A stretch of DNA of 64,000 nucleotides. It comes from an uncultured Burkholderiales bacterium (GTDB lineage: Bacteria > Actinomycetota > Acidimicrobiia > IMCC26256 > JACPCJ01). The position numbers were made by a program, and so were the translations under genes. Where the stretch lies: contig CAZTOV010000001.1 in NCBI GenBank assembly GCA_964615175.1, positions 42,439 through 106,438 of the forward strand, given 5' to 3'. Positions 62,874-64,000 of the stretch are shown in pieces; position 1 is the first letter of the stretch, and each line of letters opens with the position of its first letter. The notes under the pieces were generated by a model. That model was not told the origin of the DNA. It made no database searches and saw only the letters and a program-made list of their open reading frames with translations.

Positions 62874-63413
62874 ATGCCGCGGACGAGCGTCAACCAAGTC
62901 AAGCGAGTGGGGATGGCGAATATGGGGGAGCAGGACTTCAGGACACGTGCCCGGCAGGGTGCCGATGCCCGTCTCGATGAGGCGCTCCGGCAGCTGCTCG
63001 AGGTGGCCGACGACCTTCAGCAGAACCGTGGGGTGGCCCTCGATCTTGTGATGGAGGATCTCTTGGATGTGGTGATGACGAGGCCGCTTCACGACCTGCG
63101 GATCCAGGAGGTCTACATCGAGGCCACCCGTTCCCATCCCGGGCGTTCGGTCGTCGTCACAGCCACCGGTCTTGATGACGTCGGCGATCCGGAACCGTTG
63201 GACGTCATTCATGCGGAGGATGTCTCACCGTCGACGCTCGCCACCCAACTCCTGATGCGTTTGCGCGACCGGGGGCTTGGAGGTGTTCGTCGAGTCGTGT
63301 CGAGCGCCGGTACGAACCTCGTCGGCGTGGTTCCGGCGGTATTTCCCGATGCCGGATGGCTTCCGCTCGGAACGGGTGAACGTCCATCGTGGCTCACGCT
63401 TCCCGAGGTGTGA
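62874..63413 (+). CDS. GDPEPL-family protein: IS256-transposase-core-derived, catalytic residues lost
   Basis: EVYIEATRSHPGRSVVVTATGLDDVGDPEPLDVIHAEDVSPSTLATQLLMRLRDRGLGGVRRVVSSAGTNLVGVVPAVFPDAGW aligns position by position with the 47570 fragment and the IS256 core. The D of lDatY is replaced (IEATR) and SDahxG becomes SSAGTN. The start may be ATG 62913 or 62922. Confidence 0.55.
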   Translation: MPRTSVNQVKRVGMANMGEQDFRTRARQGADARLDEALRQLLEVADDLQQNRGVALDLVMEDLLDVVMTRPLHDLRIQEVYIEATRSHPGRSVVVTATGLDDVGDPEPLDVIHAEDVSPSTLATQLLMRLRDRGLGGVRRVVSSAGTNLVGVVPAVFPDAGWLPLGTGERPSWLTLPEV

Positions 63414-63605
63414 ACGCGCCACCCATACGCCATTCTCACTCGCAAAACTGGGGAGGCGACCAACCATTCCCCACGCAGGAGGCGGCGTGTCGGCGTGTCC
63501 GCACCAGCGGTCCGACGGCTTCGGGGCGGTTCGAACGCCCCGCCCGTCGAAGACGTCCATCCCTGGTGACCGCAACCGGCGCGGAACAGAAAAACAGGGA
63601 GCGTC

Positions 63606-63641
63606 ACCGACCCGTTTGGGGGGTCGGAACGTGTACCTGGG
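63606..63641 (+). promoter_or_regulatory. Bipartite motif copy 8 (ACCGACCCG-N15-CGTGTACCTGGG)
   Basis: Box1 at 63606-63614 and box2 at 63630-63640, lying 29-54 nt upstream of ATG 63670/63694. Confidence 0.5.
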
Positions 63642-63669
63642 AGAGGGCGTCCAATGCCCTGACCAACCC

Positions 63670-64000
63670 ATGAACTCGCCCCAGGAACCCACCATGACTT
63701 CGAGCGACGAACCGGCGAACGCCGGATCCTCCCTCGACGGACTGCTCCGTCGCCTCCTCACGCTCACCGAGGCCCCTGTGCCTGACGAACTCCTGGAGGC
63801 TGACCTGGACGTCGTTCTCGAGGAGATCGAGGACGAGGTCGGTTCCCGTCGCCTCAACGACTCCTACCCCGAGGCCTTCGTCGCCGCGGCCCGCGTGGGC
63901 TCGCGCGAAATCAACGACATCCCGTTCACCGTGGTCACGGTCACCGGCTTGAACCGTGCCGGCGACCCCGAACCGCTCACCTATTTCTCGGGGTACGCCG
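63670..64000 (+). CDS. GDPEPL-family (IS256-derived) paralog, 3'-truncated by window edge
   Basis: Hand translation gives MNSPQEPTMTSSDEPANAGSSLDGLLRRLLTLTEAP..RRLNDSYPEAFVAAARVGSREINDIPFTVVTVTGLNRAGDPEPLTYFSGYA. Not in the ORF track because no stop lies inside the window. Confidence 0.55.
   Translation, partial: MNSPQEPTMTSSDEPANAGSSLDGLLRRLLTLTEAPVPDELLEADLDVVLEEIEDEVGSRRLNDSYPEAFVAAARVGSREINDIPFTVVTVTGLNRAGDPEPLTYFSGYA

Overview
High-GC (about 70 % G+C by eye, not computed), densely coding window of actinobacterial type. I found no rRNA, tRNA or CRISPR array. Layout: (1) 1-22.3 kb is a segmental duplication. Each copy carries a ~1820-aa BNR/TSP3-like/Cna-B-like surface protein gene (241-5715 and 14934-20390). 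Copy A is followed by a Liv-type ABC transporter operon, a small membrane ORF, an IS481-family element with a CCTAGC target duplication, and a chimeric pseudogene. Copy B has lost the ~6.2 kb ABC segment, leaving an 18-codon in-frame scar, and is followed by an intact 7-repeat CDxxC...W secreted protein. (2) 22.3-28.9 kb holds a Tat-signal FAD amine oxidase, a copper-amine-oxidase-like protein that appears to lack the TPQ tyrosine, an LppM-like lipoprotein, an unlisted 52-aa tatA, and a polytopic membrane protein. (3) 29-45 kb is an accessory island that looks AT-richer. It contains a membrane-anchored PIN-like protein and a tight three-gene minus-strand operon (GHKL ATPase protein, 850-aa double degenerate PRTase-like protein, AlkB-type 2OG-Fe(II) dioxygenase). 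That operon is my best candidate for an undescribed system. The island also has several toxin-antitoxin-like pairs, orphan HTH genes and gene fragments. (4) 45-57 kb is a cell-envelope cluster: M23 peptidase, class-B PBP, LPXTG protein, ECF sigma plus DUF4349-type partner, orphan OmpR-type response regulator and membrane-anchored S8 peptidase. (5) 57-64 kb holds a retropepsin-like pair, a small secreted Cys peptide, a PucR-like regulator, a PPR/TPR-like repeat protein, and a recombination-scarred region with catalytically dead IS256-derived paralogs, a response-regulator 3' remnant and a nested perfect palindrome. Two non-coding repeat families run through the window. One is a 36-bp bipartite motif (CCGACCCG-N15-CGTGTACCTGG, 8 copies, invariant spacing) upstream of secreted and envelope genes, consistent with an ECF-sigma regulon. 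The other is a TCCCCCGATCGGGGGA palindrome family. All protein family calls rest on motifs read by eye and recalled family signatures. No database search was run.
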